Shown piece by piece: positions 20,089 to 29,839 of a stretch of DNA of 64,000 nt. The DNA lies in the NCBI GenBank assembly GCA_963745025.1, contig CAVUWD010000005.1:32001-96000 (forward strand), read 5' to 3'. This DNA is from an uncultured delta proteobacterium (GTDB taxonomy: Bacteria; Desulfobacterota; Binatia; JACPRU01). The first letter of the stretch is position 1. Every line of letters begins with the position of its first letter. The position numbers and the translations under genes are program-made. The notes under the pieces were generated by a model that did not search any database, was not told where the DNA came from, and was given only the letters and a program-made list of their open reading frames with translations.

Positions 20089-21404
20089 CGCGCCACCTCA
20101 CCCTTGCCCTCTGCTGGGGAGCCGCCCCCGTGAGCGCGGCCCTTCGGGCTGGGCTCCGGTGGGCGATCTCCCGGCGGCAGCGACCGCTCGAGCTGCAAGC
20201 GGTTCGGCATCGGCTTGATCCACCATCGCTGGTCGTCCTTCCATTCCGGCCAGACGTCCCTGAGCTTCGGCATCACGCGCTCGGCGAAGAGCCGTGTTGA
20301 GTAGCGCGTCTTCTCGTCGGGCATGTTGCCGACGTGGAGCAAGCAGAAGACGTGGCCGACGTGCAGGCCCTTGATCAGCTCCTCCATCTGCTGCCGCACC
20401 GTCTCGGGGCTGCCGGCGATGACGTAGCGGTCTTCGAGGAGATCCTTCCAGGTGAGCGTCGGGAACTTGGCGAGCGCGTCCTCGGTGAGCGCGGTGAGCG
20501 CGCCGTACTTGAGGGTCTTGATCGTGCGATAGCCCGGCGGATCGGCGAATCCTGGGTACACGTGGAGGCAGCGGTTGTAGAAGTAATGCAGATGCTCGGC
20601 GTAGAGCTTCTCGGCCTCGGCGTCCGTGTCGGCCACGCAGATCGTCTGCGCGAACGCGCCGCGATACGGCGACTCGTCTTTGCCGCGCTTGGCGACCTGC
20701 TCCCAGTAGCCGTCCATCAGCTGCTTGCCGCGCTTGTAGCCGGTGAAGGAGAGGTAGGAGTAGTTATAATCGTTGTCGATGCAGAAATCCCACGTCTCGA
20801 TCGAGCCGCTGCCCGGGATGTAAATCGGCGGATGCGGCTTCTGAACCGGCTTCGGCCAGCAGTTCACGTAGCGAAGCTGATTGTACTTGCCGTCGAAGGA
20901 GAAGATCTCGCTCTCCTTCCAGGCGCGCATGATGAGCTCGTGGGCCTCGGCGTACTTGTCGCGCGTGAGGGCCGGGATCTGCCCGTAGCAGAAGTTGGTG
21001 TCCATCGGCGTGCCGACGGGGAAGCCGGCGATCAAGCGGCCGCCGCTGATCACGTCGAGCATGGCGAACTCTTCGGCCACGCGGATCGGCGGGTTGTAGA
21101 GCGCGATCGAGTTGCCCATCACGCAGATCGCCGCCTTGGAGGTCCGCCGGGCGAGACCGGCGGCGATGAGGTTCGGGGAGGGCATGAGCCCGTAACCGTT
21201 CTGGTGGTGCTCGTTCACGCCGATCGCGTCGTAACCGAGCGTCTCGGCGTACTCGAGCTGATCCATGTAGCGGTTGTAGAGGAAGTGGCCCTTTTCGGGA
21301 TCGAAGAGCGTGTTCGGGATGTCGACCCAGATCGAGCGGTTCTTCTCGCGGAAGTCGTCCGCGAGGTACGGCCAGGGCATGAGGTTGAACCAGGTGAACT
21401 TCAT
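20085..21404 (-). CDS. LLM-class (luciferase-like) flavin-dependent oxidoreductase
   Basis: GYDAIGVNEHHQ, MPSPN, PIRVAEEFAMLDVISGGRL, PKPVQKPHPPI, AGSPETV. Confidence 0.93.
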   Translation of the reverse strand: MKFTWFNLMPWPYLADDFREKNRSIWVDIPNTLFDPEKGHFLYNRYMDQLEYAETLGYDAIGVNEHHQNGYGLMPSPNLIAAGLARRTSKAAICVMGNSIALYNPPIRVAEEFAMLDVISGGRLIAGFPVGTPMDTNFCYGQIPALTRDKYAEAHELIMRAWKESEIFSFDGKYNQLRYVNCWPKPVQKPHPPIYIPGSGSIETWDFCIDNDYNYSYLSFTGYKRGKQLMDGYWEQVAKRGKDESPYRGAFAQTICVADTDAEAEKLYAEHLHYFYNRCLHVYPGFADPPGYRTIKTLKYGALTALTEDALAKFPTLTWKDLLEDRYVIAGSPETVRQQMEELIKGLHVGHVFCLLHVGNMPDEKTRYSTRLFAERVMPKLRDVWPEWKDDQRWWIKPMPNRLQLERSLPPGDRPPEPSPKGRAHGGGSPAEGKGEVAR

Positions 21405-21595
21405 CAACGATCTCCTTTGCGCTCTCCGCGGTGCTGATCAAACTAAGACAAACCGCGCAGGAGCATCAATAGGGCCTTCGCCGGCGCCGCGGAACTCGCG
21501 GCGGCCGACATCAGCGCGCAGGATCGATTGCTTAGACTCGAGGTCGCGCGCGAGCTCTTGCGATAGTTTCAAAATGCGCCCAGCGACTGCTAGAC

Positions 21596-22594
21596 ATGGA
21601 CGCAATGTCCCGTGCCGCAGCGGCCTTCGCGCCCCATCGCCTTGTCGCGAACCCGCATCTTCAGTCGCTGCTGGCGAGCTCGAGGCTCCGGCTGATCCGC
21701 CACCGTCGAGCCGGCGGGCTAGGAATCGTGCGTGAGGCGCGCGCGCAAGTCGTCGATTGCGGCGACGGGTCGCGGCTCGCCGCGCTGTATACGCCGCCGC
21801 GTACGGCGCCGCCCGGCCGTCCCGATCTCGCGGTGTTGATCCATGGCTGGGAGGGATGCGCCGACTCGACCTACATGTTGTCGACCGGCGAGATTCTCCA
21901 TCGCGCCGGCTATGCGGTGGTCCGCCTGAACTTACGCGATCACGGCGGAACGCAGGCGCTGAACGAAGGGATCTTTCACGCGAACCGGATCGAGGAGGTG
22001 GTCGGAGCGATCGGCGCGGTGGCGCGAACGATTCCGCATCGGCGGCTCTGTCTCGTCGGATTCTCGCTCGGCGGCAATTTCGCGCTCCGCGCCGGCCTGC
22101 ACGCGCCCGGCGCGAAGCTCGCGATCACACGCATCGTGTCCGTGAATCCCGCGCTCGATCCGCCCTCGACGGTCGAGGCGATCGATCGACATCCGCTCTA
22201 TCGGCGGGTCTTCCTGCGCCGCTGGAGGCGCTCGCTGCTTCGCAAGCAGAAGCTCTTTCCCCATCTCTATGATTTCCGCGGCGCGCGTGGCCTCGATACG
22301 GTGCTCGCGCTCTCCGAGCACGTGATTCCCCGCTACACTCCGTTTTCCACCGTCGACGAATATCTTGCGGCGTATACGCTGAGCGGGGAGCGGCTCGCGG
22401 AGATGGAGGTCCCGACCACCATCGTGACCGCGGCGGACGACCCGATCATCTCGATCGCTCATTTTCGCGCGCTGCCGCCGATCGCCGCGCTCTCTCTCGA
22501 CGTCCAGGCCCACGGGGGGCACTGCGGCTACATTCTCGGCCCGACCCTCCGCTCTTGGCTGGAGTCCCGGGTGCTCGCCATTCTCGCATCCTGA
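21596..22594 (+). CDS. YheT-family alpha/beta hydrolase
   Basis: NPHLQS, IHGWEG, RLNLRDHG, GFSLGGNF, AADDPII, HGGHCGY. Confidence 0.88.
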   Translation: MDAMSRAAAAFAPHRLVANPHLQSLLASSRLRLIRHRRAGGLGIVREARAQVVDCGDGSRLAALYTPPRTAPPGRPDLAVLIHGWEGCADSTYMLSTGEILHRAGYAVVRLNLRDHGGTQALNEGIFHANRIEEVVGAIGAVARTIPHRRLCLVGFSLGGNFALRAGLHAPGAKLAITRIVSVNPALDPPSTVEAIDRHPLYRRVFLRRWRRSLLRKQKLFPHLYDFRGARGLDTVLALSEHVIPRYTPFSTVDEYLAAYTLSGERLAEMEVPTTIVTAADDPIISIAHFRALPPIAALSLDVQAHGGHCGYILGPTLRSWLESRVLAILAS

Positions 22595-22738
22595 AGCGTC
22601 CCGTTCGGCGGAGTACGGCCCGAGCGGAAAATGCACCGCTCCGAGCCCGGCCAAAGGTAAGACGCGTTGGAAGCATGACGCTAGTTTCGACGGCGCGGCA
22701 CCGGCTATGATGCCGTCGGTGGTTCGGGGGCAGGAGCG

Positions 22739-23113
22739 ATGAAGGCCGGTCGCAGGAGATGCGCCGGTCGGTTTCTTGCTGGGGCACTCGGGGCTTTGCT
22801 CGCGTTCGGCTGCACGCCGGCCTTCTACCCCCTCAACTACCGGTCGATCCGCGGCGCCGTCGGCCGTCGCTTGGATGTACCGTCGCGCGCGCAGTGCGCC
22901 GATCCGCAGGTGTTGACTCCGGCGATGGTCGAAGGGGGCGAGTGGCCGCCCGGCATCACGCTGCAACCGGATGGACTCCTCTCCGGCACCCCGACCACCG
23001 CGGGACATTGGCATGCGATGATTCGGCATGCCCGGGTACGGTGCGGGGACAAGGTCTATCCGAACGAGCGAATGTCGCTGAACTTCGACATCACCGAGCC
23101 GCCGAAGCCGTGA
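22739..23113 (+). CDS. Small lipoprotein with a putative Ig (He_PIG-like) repeat
   Basis: Lipobox-like LAFGC; PPGITLQPDGLLSGTPTTAG; stop overlaps next GTG. Confidence 0.7.
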   Translation: MKAGRRRCAGRFLAGALGALLAFGCTPAFYPLNYRSIRGAVGRRLDVPSRAQCADPQVLTPAMVEGGEWPPGITLQPDGLLSGTPTTAGHWHAMIRHARVRCGDKVYPNERMSLNFDITEPPKP

Positions 23114-24315
23114 GCCGCGCGAATCCCGAAGCGAGGGCGGCCGGGCGCGCGTTCTTCGCGAGCTTCCTCGGTTGGACCCTCGACGCGTTCGACTTCTTCG
23201 TCCTGGTGTTCGTGCTGCCCGCCGTCGCCGAGGAATTCCACCGTCCGGTCGCGGACGTCGCCTATACGATCACGCTGACTCTGGCGGTGCGCCCGATCGG
23301 AGCGCTCATCTTCGGCTGGATGGCGGACCGCTACGGCCGGCGGATCCCGTTGATGATCGACGTGGTCTTCTACTCGATCGTCGAAGTCCTGTCCGGCCTC
23401 GCGCCCGACTATTCGACGTTTCTCGTGCTGCGCGTGCTCTATGGCATCGCCATGGGAGGAGAGTGGGGCGTGGGCGCCTCGCTGGCGATGGAGGCGGTTC
23501 CCGCCGCGCGACGCGGCCTCCTCTCGGGTCTTCTTCAGGAGGGCTATGCGGTCGGCTATCTGCTCGCCGCCGCGGCCTACTTCGTGGTCTTTCCGGCGCT
23601 CGGCTGGCGGGCGTTGTTTTTCCTGGGCGGCGCTCCGGCACTGCTCGTGCTCTACATCCGCCGCCGAGTTCCGGAGTCGCCGGCGTGGCAGCGTTCCCGG
23701 CCGAATCCTCGTCGCATCGTCCGTGCGGTCGCCGAGAACTTCGGGTGCTTCCTCTACCTGATCCTCTTCATGACGATGCTCAGCCTGATGTCCCACGGCA
23801 CCCAGGACATGTATCCGACGTTTCTCGAGAAGGAGCGCGGGCTCGGCCCGCGGATGGTGGCCACGATCGCCATCATCTACAACGTCGGCGCGCTCGCGGG
23901 CGGGCTTACGTTCGGCGCATTGTCCGATCGCTTCGGTCGCCGCCGGTCGATGGTGCTGGCGGCGCTCGGCGGCGCGCTGGTGATTCCGGCGTGGATCTTC
24001 GGAGCCTCGTGGTGGTCGCTCGCGGCAGGCGCGTTCGCGATGCAGTTCATGGTGCAGGGCGCCTGGGGCGTCGTTCCGGCGTATCTCACGGAGCTTTCTC
24101 CCGCCGAGGCGCGCGGCTTGTTTCCCGGCCTCGCCTATCAGCTCGGCGTGCTCGCGGCTTCGGGCGCACCGTATTTCGAAGCCCGCCTGGCGATCGAAAT
24201 CGGCTACGCGAACGCGCTCGCTCTGGTCGCCGCCGTCGTGCTGGTCCTCGGCGCGGTGGTCATCGCCATGGGCCGCGAGCGCACGGCGGTGGACTTCGCG
24301 CTGCCGGAGCGATAG
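23110..24315 (+). CDS. MFS transporter, sialate/carboxylate:H+ symporter-like
   Basis: FLGWTLDAFDFF, RPIGALIFGWMADRYGRR, GIAMGGEWG, SHGTQDMYPTFL, VQGAWGVVP. Confidence 0.92.
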   Translation: MSRANPEARAAGRAFFASFLGWTLDAFDFFVLVFVLPAVAEEFHRPVADVAYTITLTLAVRPIGALIFGWMADRYGRRIPLMIDVVFYSIVEVLSGLAPDYSTFLVLRVLYGIAMGGEWGVGASLAMEAVPAARRGLLSGLLQEGYAVGYLLAAAAYFVVFPALGWRALFFLGGAPALLVLYIRRRVPESPAWQRSRPNPRRIVRAVAENFGCFLYLILFMTMLSLMSHGTQDMYPTFLEKERGLGPRMVATIAIIYNVGALAGGLTFGALSDRFGRRRSMVLAALGGALVIPAWIFGASWWSLAAGAFAMQFMVQGAWGVVPAYLTELSPAEARGLFPGLAYQLGVLAASGAPYFEARLAIEIGYANALALVAAVVLVLGAVVIAMGRERTAVDFALPER

Positions 24316-24340
24316 CGGGGTGTCGCGGAGGAGAATCGAG

Positions 24341-25126
24341 ATGGCCTACAAGTACGTTCGATCCGAGACCTGGGGATCGACCGCCGTCCTCATCCTGAAC
24401 CGCCCCGAGGCGTTGAACGCGCTCACCGACGAGATGAAGGTCGAGCTCGCCGACGCGCTCAAGGCCGCCGAGCGCGACGACGCCGTGCGAGCAATCGTGC
24501 TCACGGGCGAGGGCCGGGGCTTCTGCGCCGGCGAGGCGTTGAACCCGGAGCTCGTCCAGTCCGCCGAGCCGCCGCTCGACCGCACGCTGCGCGATTTCTA
24601 CAATCCGGTGATCGAGCGGATGCGCGCGATCGACAAGCCGATCGTCGCCGCAGTGAACGGAACCTGCGCCGGCGCCGGCGTCAGCCTGGCGCTGGCCGCC
24701 GACCTGCGCCTGGCCGCCGACAAGGCTTCGTTCGTAATGGCGTTCGTCAAGATCGGGCTCGTTCCCGACGCTGGCAGCACGTTCTTTCTGCCGCGGCTCG
24801 TCGGCATGGGCAAAGCGGTGGAAATGTGCATGACCGGAGACAAGATCGATGCTGCCGAAGCCGAGCGGATCGGTCTCGTCAACCGCGTGGTGCCGGCGGA
24901 TCGACTCATGGAGGAAGCCTCGAAGCTGGCGGGGCGGCTGGCGCAATCGCCGACGAGGGCTCTCGGGCTCATGAAGCGGGCCTTCGATCGGAGCTTCCGC
25001 GTGCCACTCGAGGACCAGCTCTCGTACGAGGCCGATCTGCAAGCGATCGCCGCGCGCACCGCCGACTTCCGCGAAGGCGTGGCAGCGTTCCTCGAGAAGC
25101 GGCCAGCGGTGTTCCGCGGCAAGTGA
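24341..25126 (+). CDS. Enoyl-CoA hydratase/isomerase (PaaG-like)
   Basis: GGAGGAG RBS; LNRPEALNA, GRGFCAG, AVNGTCAGAG, KIGLVPDAG, DFREGVAAFLEKR. Confidence 0.92.
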   Translation: MAYKYVRSETWGSTAVLILNRPEALNALTDEMKVELADALKAAERDDAVRAIVLTGEGRGFCAGEALNPELVQSAEPPLDRTLRDFYNPVIERMRAIDKPIVAAVNGTCAGAGVSLALAADLRLAADKASFVMAFVKIGLVPDAGSTFFLPRLVGMGKAVEMCMTGDKIDAAEAERIGLVNRVVPADRLMEEASKLAGRLAQSPTRALGLMKRAFDRSFRVPLEDQLSYEADLQAIAARTADFREGVAAFLEKRPAVFRGK

Positions 25127-25172
25127 GGAACCGGTCGCACTTCGCACTTGCTCCTGCTAGCCTCGGAGCCAA

Positions 25173-26294
25173 TTGAAGCCCGGGAGGGAACCAGCGGGGT
25201 GGAAGGAGACGGGCTCCGCGGTCGTCGAGAGCCCGAAACCGCTCGGCAGGGTCGCCGGGTGGAACGATGCAGCACGGCTCTTGTCGAAGGAGCTCGTCCA
25301 CTTCTACCAAGCGCTCCTCGGCGAGTACATCGCCCTCTTCAAGATCACACCCGGATTCGCGCGCGAGCTTTTCCGCAGCGGCGTGTATGTGTCGAATCTG
25401 ACGTTCCGCAAGCTTCCCTACCGCCGCGAGCGGTCCGACCTCGCGCGCTTGCGCGAGTGGAACCCGGGCTGGATCTTCCGCGAGGACTTCGATCCGCGCA
25501 CTTGGATCATCGTGTTCCTGCACGGCTACATCGACAACACCGGCGCGGAGCGCGTGGCCTACAAGCTCGCCCGTCTCGGTTATCAGGTCTATCTCGTCCG
25601 CTATCCGTTCCTGCAGAGCGTCCGTCGCACCGCGATCAGGGTCATGGAAGTGCTCGAGACCATCCAGCATCGAGAGCACGGCAAGCGCATCGTGCCGATC
25701 GGCCACAGCCTCGGCGGCTTCATCTGGGACCACCTACTGCTCCACCGTCCGGAACTGGCGAAGCGCTACCGCATGCCGCTCTACATCTCGATGGGAAGCC
25801 CTCGCTTCGGCACGCTGCCGGCGCACCTCGGCATCGGTCGCAGCGCCCGTGAGATGCGTCCCGGAAGCGCGCTCGTGCTCGACCATCTGAAGCGCTCGTA
25901 CCCGCCGGCTCTGGAGGTGTACCCGTTCATCAGCCGATTCGACATCTTCGTGCTGCCGATCGAGACTGCGCTCCTCAAGCAGGGGATCAACTACGTCTTC
26001 AGCGAGACGGGCCACCTCGCGCAGGCGACGCGCAACGAGACCGTGCGCGCGATCGAGGAGATCATGGCTTCGCCGCGCGAGATCCTCGAGGCGCGCGCCG
26101 AGAAGCGGCGCTTCCACCCCTCGGGGCTCACCTGGCTGCTCAGCAGACTCCCGAAGCCTGCTCTCGAGCGGCTCGGAGTGGCGGGTATCCTGGATTACGT
26201 GCTCGACGGTGCGGAGTCGCCCGAATTCTGGATCCGCATCGTGCACCACGACGTGCGCAGTGGACGGTTGCCGCTGCTGAAGCGCGGACCGTGA
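25173..26294 (+). CDS. Lipase/esterase-like alpha/beta hydrolase
   Basis: VFLHGY, GHSLGG, MGSPRFGT, SRFDIFVLP, TGHL; start uncertain. Confidence 0.8.
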   Translation: MKPGREPAGWKETGSAVVESPKPLGRVAGWNDAARLLSKELVHFYQALLGEYIALFKITPGFARELFRSGVYVSNLTFRKLPYRRERSDLARLREWNPGWIFREDFDPRTWIIVFLHGYIDNTGAERVAYKLARLGYQVYLVRYPFLQSVRRTAIRVMEVLETIQHREHGKRIVPIGHSLGGFIWDHLLLHRPELAKRYRMPLYISMGSPRFGTLPAHLGIGRSAREMRPGSALVLDHLKRSYPPALEVYPFISRFDIFVLPIETALLKQGINYVFSETGHLAQATRNETVRAIEEIMASPREILEARAEKRRFHPSGLTWLLSRLPKPALERLGVAGILDYVLDGAESPEFWIRIVHHDVRSGRLPLLKRGP

Positions 26295-26419
26295 AAAAAC
26301 GGCTGCCGGCTACCGCGAGAGACTCAAGAAGTCTTTGCCGGTAGCCGGAAGCCGGTAGCCGCGATTGCTTTCACTGCCCTCTGCGCCCGAAGTGCAGGTA
26401 GAACGAGAGCGTGAAGTAG
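26134..26419 (+). repeat. Left copy of ~280 bp direct repeat (hydrolase 3' end, intergenic hairpin, pcs 3' end)
   Basis: Near-identical to 35935-36213; differs by a few substitutions and one extra heptamer unit. Confidence 0.95.
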
Positions 26420-26775
26420 ACAATCGACGTCGGCGCCGCCGTGTCGTTCTTTGACGCCGAGTGAGGCGGTTCCAGGAACGGCTGAGCCGCTCGAGACCCG
26501 CGACATGCTCGGGCTCGCCATCGAGATGTCGCGCGGCGCGCCGATCCCGGACCCGAAGCACGGCGTGTTCTGCATGTGACGCCGGGCCGAGCCGCCAGCC
26601 ATTCACCGACGAAGCCGTTGCCCAGCTGCAACGCGCCCAGCAGCTGGCGCCGCCAGATCTCCGGTTCGCGAGGCCGCTGCGGGCCGTGAACCTCGCCGAG
26701 GCGCCGTCGAAGGCGATCCCTTCCCAGCCTCGCGGGGCGTCAAAGAGCGACACGGCGGCGCCGACGTCGATTGTC
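26419..26775. repeat. 40 bp inverted repeat pair (26419-26458 / 26736-26775, one mismatch)
   Basis: GACAATCGACGTCGGCGCCGCCGTGTCGTTCTTTGACGCC versus reverse complement of GGCGTCAAAGAGCGACACGGCGGCGCCGACGTCGATTGTC. Confidence 0.9.
26484..26579 (+). pseudogene. C-terminal scrap of an acyl-CoA (methylcrotonyl-type) carboxylase carboxyltransferase gene
   Basis: EPLETRDMLGLAIEMSRGAPIPDPKHGVFCM* resembles the family C-terminus ...TRxVLGLAL...AP....FGVFRM*. Confidence 0.65.
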
Positions 26776-26807
26776 GCTTGAGAGCGATCGCTCCGCGCTC
26801 GTAACCT
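26737..26807 (+). promoter_or_regulatory. Putative operator plus promoter of the 26871 gene
   Basis: GCGTCA-N4-GCGACA-N19-TGTCGC then TTGAGA-N18-TAACCT; same architecture at 35691-35760. Confidence 0.6.
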
Positions 26808-26870
26808 CCGAGCATGATGAATCCACGCGCTCGTTCTCACACAACGAGCGCACGACGAAAGGAGAAGCAC

Positions 26871-27482
26871 ATGGACGGTATGATCGGTTTCATGTTCCTC
26901 GCGGGCTACCTCGGACTCGAAGCGACGTCGTTCACTGTTCACGCGCTGTCGTACGGCGCTCAGGGAGCGGTCTACGTCGCGGATGAGGCTCGGCGGGCGG
27001 TCGGCGCCGGGCCGTCGGTCACCACGTTCGAGGTGGAGCTCATCGCCCCCGCGGCTGCGCCCGCGGGCGAGCGGGAAATGTTCGCGTGCGCGCGGCCGTC
27101 GTCCGATACTCCTTACGGTGAGCGGATCCACTGCCTGAATCGCTCCTACTTCACCAGCTTTGCGGGCTTCGCCGAACCCGATGGGGGCTCGAAGGCTTGG
27201 CGGTTCCAGGTTGCCGTCGACGATGCGCCCGAATCGGTGTGCCTCGATTTCTACGACCAGGTCGAGGTCGGGAGAGGATCGTGGTTCATCGCGGGATCTG
27301 ATCCCCGGTACGGGAATTCCCTCGCCGCGCTGCCCACCGTGACCAGCCGGCGGCCGCCGCTCGGCACCTTCTGTCTCTCCGGCGTCCCTTCCCCGGGTGC
27401 AGTGACCGTCGGCGGGCTCTCCTGCCCCGCCGGCAATCCATCCACCTGCGAGTCGGCCGCCGTGGCCATGGTGCCGAAGTGA
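26871..27482 (+). CDS. Hypothetical Cys-containing protein, possibly exported
   Basis: AAGGAG RBS before ATG 26871; hydrophobic N-terminus; 6 Cys; no family recognised. Confidence 0.65.
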   Translation: MDGMIGFMFLAGYLGLEATSFTVHALSYGAQGAVYVADEARRAVGAGPSVTTFEVELIAPAAAPAGEREMFACARPSSDTPYGERIHCLNRSYFTSFAGFAEPDGGSKAWRFQVAVDDAPESVCLDFYDQVEVGRGSWFIAGSDPRYGNSLAALPTVTSRRPPLGTFCLSGVPSPGAVTVGGLSCPAGNPSTCESAAVAMVPK

Positions 27483-27504
27483 CCCGGCGCAGCGGCTCAC
27501 ACGT

Positions 27505-27539
27505 TGTCGCTTGGGCCCGTGCGTCGCTCTGCGCAATGT
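27505..27539 (+). promoter_or_regulatory. Putative promoter of the lipid operon with a TGTCGC half-site abutting the -35
   Basis: TGTCGC-TTGGGC-N17-CAATGT. Confidence 0.4.
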
Positions 27540-27576
27540 CCGCGCCCATGCGAAAGCACATCGGGAGGTCACGCGA

Positions 27577-28212
27577 ATGACCACGACGGCGCTCCACTGG
27601 CGGCTTGCCGCATCCAACGTTCCGAACGCGATCTCGCTCGCGCGGCTGGTGGCCGCTCCGGTCTTGCTCGCCGCCGCGCTGCGCGCCCAGCAGGACCTGT
27701 TTACCTGGCTGCTGCTCGCCTGCCTGCTGAGCGACATCGCCGACGGCCTGATCGCGCGGGGCTTCGCGCTTGCCTCCGAGCTCGGCGCCCGCCTCGATTC
27801 GGCCGCCGACATGGCCGTGTTCTACGTCGCGGTCTTCGGTGTCTTCGTCTTCCAAGGCGACTTCGTATTCACGCACTGGGTGCCGATCCTCGCCGTGATC
27901 GGCCTCTACGTCGTGGAGGTCGTCGCCGCGCTCGCGCGCTACGGCCGGATCTCCAGCTTCCACACCGTGCTGACACGGCTCTCGGCCTACGCGCAGGGAG
28001 GGTTCGTGCTGTCGCTCTTCCTCTGGGGGTATTCGCCAATGCTGTTCTGGGCGGCGATCGGCCTGAGCGTGCTCGCCTACACGGAGGAGCTGGCGATCGT
28101 CTGGTTGCTTCCGCAGTGGAGGGCCGACGTGCGGGGACTCTATTGGCTGTGCCGATCGAGCGACGCGACGGTCGCCGCCTCCACCCAGCCCTGCGCGCTC
28201 GACCGGCGATGA
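27577..28212 (+). CDS. CDP-alcohol phosphatidyltransferase (PgsA-like)
   Basis: GGAGG RBS; NVPNAISLARL; SDIADGLIAR...LGARLDSAAD signature. Confidence 0.9.
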   Translation: MTTTALHWRLAASNVPNAISLARLVAAPVLLAAALRAQQDLFTWLLLACLLSDIADGLIARGFALASELGARLDSAADMAVFYVAVFGVFVFQGDFVFTHWVPILAVIGLYVVEVVAALARYGRISSFHTVLTRLSAYAQGGFVLSLFLWGYSPMLFWAAIGLSVLAYTEELAIVWLLPQWRADVRGLYWLCRSSDATVAASTQPCALDRR

Positions 28213-29108
28213 CCGGCTGGCTCGCCATCGTCAACCCGCGCTCGGGCGGGGCCCGTAACCGCTCGTCGTTCCGCCGGGTCCTGCGCCTGCTCGAGCGGGT
28301 CGTCGAAGAGATCGTCTTCACCGAGCAGCCCGGCCATGCCCGTGAGCTGGCATCGCGGGCAGGACGCTACCGTGGGCTTGCCGTCGTGGGAGGGGACGGC
28401 ACCTTGCACGAGGTCCTCACCGGAACCGACGGCGGCAGCCAGCGGCTCGCTCTGGTGCCGACCGGGCGCGGAAACTCGCTCGCCAGGGACCTCGGCCTCA
28501 CCAGCGCGCTGCGCGGCCTCGGCGCCATCGAGACCGACTTGACAACCCGCGTGGACCTCGTCGACGTGGTCCTCGAAGACGACAGCGGCCGACGATGCGC
28601 GTTGCGCTCGGCGAGCACGGTGGCGATCGGCTACCCGGTCGCGGTCACCGCTCGAGCGGACCGCAGCTTTCGCATGGCGGGCAGCTATTGCTACCTGGCC
28701 GCGGCGATCGTCGAATCGGTCCGCCAGCCGCGCTTCACGATCGACCGCGCGTACGACGGCGCACCGGCCGAAAGCCGGGGGTTGACCGGCCTCATCCTCA
28801 ACAACACGCGGCACGTGGCGAACTTCGTCGGCTTTCCCGACGCGCGCTGCGACGATGGCCGCTTCGACGTGCTGGAGCTCGACGCCGGTTTCGTGCAGCA
28901 GAATTTGCACAACGTGTCGGCTCTGTGCGGCTCGCGGCACGCATTTTCCCCGCCACCCTTCCAGGCCCGCGCTCTCGAGGCTCGCTTGAACGAGCCGACG
29001 AGCGTGATGATCGACGGCCAGATCTACGCGGGCGTCACGAGCCTTCGAGCCTGCCTGATCCCGGCGGCGCTCGAATGCTCGCGCGCGGAACACGGAGCCA
29101 CGGCATGA
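28209..29108 (+). CDS. Diacylglycerol/lipid kinase family protein (YegS/DgkB-like)
   Basis: IVNPRSGG, VVGGDGTLHEV, VPTGRGNSLARDLG, DDGRFDV, MIDGQ; ATGA coupling. Confidence 0.9.
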   Translation: MTGWLAIVNPRSGGARNRSSFRRVLRLLERVVEEIVFTEQPGHARELASRAGRYRGLAVVGGDGTLHEVLTGTDGGSQRLALVPTGRGNSLARDLGLTSALRGLGAIETDLTTRVDLVDVVLEDDSGRRCALRSASTVAIGYPVAVTARADRSFRMAGSYCYLAAAIVESVRQPRFTIDRAYDGAPAESRGLTGLILNNTRHVANFVGFPDARCDDGRFDVLELDAGFVQQNLHNVSALCGSRHAFSPPPFQARALEARLNEPTSVMIDGQIYAGVTSLRACLIPAALECSRAEHGATA

Positions 29109-29839
29109 TCTCGACCCTGCTGCTCTTCACCGCCACCTCGTTCTCCGTTGGCGCGGCCGGCCTCCGCTGGGTCGACCGCCGATCGAGCCCGGAGAGGCGC
29201 CGCGAGCGGCGGGTGAAGCTCGCCGGCTACTTCGCCGTCGTCCACGCCGTGTTGTTCTGCGCCTGGCTCGGCCGCGCGGCGCTCGGTACGCTGTTCCTCG
29301 GGGTGGCGGCGGTCGGGGGAGCCGAGCTCGTCCGCGCTCACGGCTGCGGGGATCGCCGTGTGGCGATGCGCTCGCTCGCTGCGACGCTCGGCTGCTACGG
29401 CGCTCTCGCGGCCGGCCTCGTCGCCTTCGCCCTCACCTCGGCTCCGGCGTCGACGGTCTACGTCTACCTGATCGTGGCCGCCTTCGACGGCTTCAGCCAA
29501 GTCGCCGGAGAGTCGCTCGGGCGCCGCCGCCTGGCGCCGCGAGTCAGCCCGAACAAGACGATCGAGGGAGCGCTCGGCGGGCTCTTCGCCGCGGTCTCGA
29601 CCGCCGTCGCGCTGCGTTCCCTGCCCCAGCTGGACTGGTCGGCGGCCACCTCGGTGGGCGCGCTGACCGCCGCCGCCGCGCTCGGCGGCGACCTCGCCGC
29701 CTCGTGGGTGAAGAGGCGCAACGGGATCAAGGACTTCGGCACACTGCTGCCCGGTCAAGGAGGCGTGCTCGACCGTTTCGACAGCCTTCTGCTCGCCGGC
29801 TCGGCCGCACAAATGCTCTCGAGGACGATTCTGCCATGA
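29105..29839 (+). CDS. Phosphatidate cytidylyltransferase-like (CdsA family)
   Basis: LAPRVSPNKTIEG, GDLAASWVKRRNGIKDFGTLLPGQGGVLDRFDS; ATGA coupling. Confidence 0.9.
   Translation: MISTLLLFTATSFSVGAAGLRWVDRRSSPERRRERRVKLAGYFAVVHAVLFCAWLGRAALGTLFLGVAAVGGAELVRAHGCGDRRVAMRSLAATLGCYGALAAGLVAFALTSAPASTVYVYLIVAAFDGFSQVAGESLGRRRLAPRVSPNKTIEGALGGLFAAVSTAVALRSLPQLDWSAATSVGALTAAAALGGDLAASWVKRRNGIKDFGTLLPGQGGVLDRFDSLLLAGSAAQMLSRTILP

Noticed and set aside
26419-26775. Autonomous IS element
   Set aside because: No transposase and no target duplication; the right arm looks like an operator
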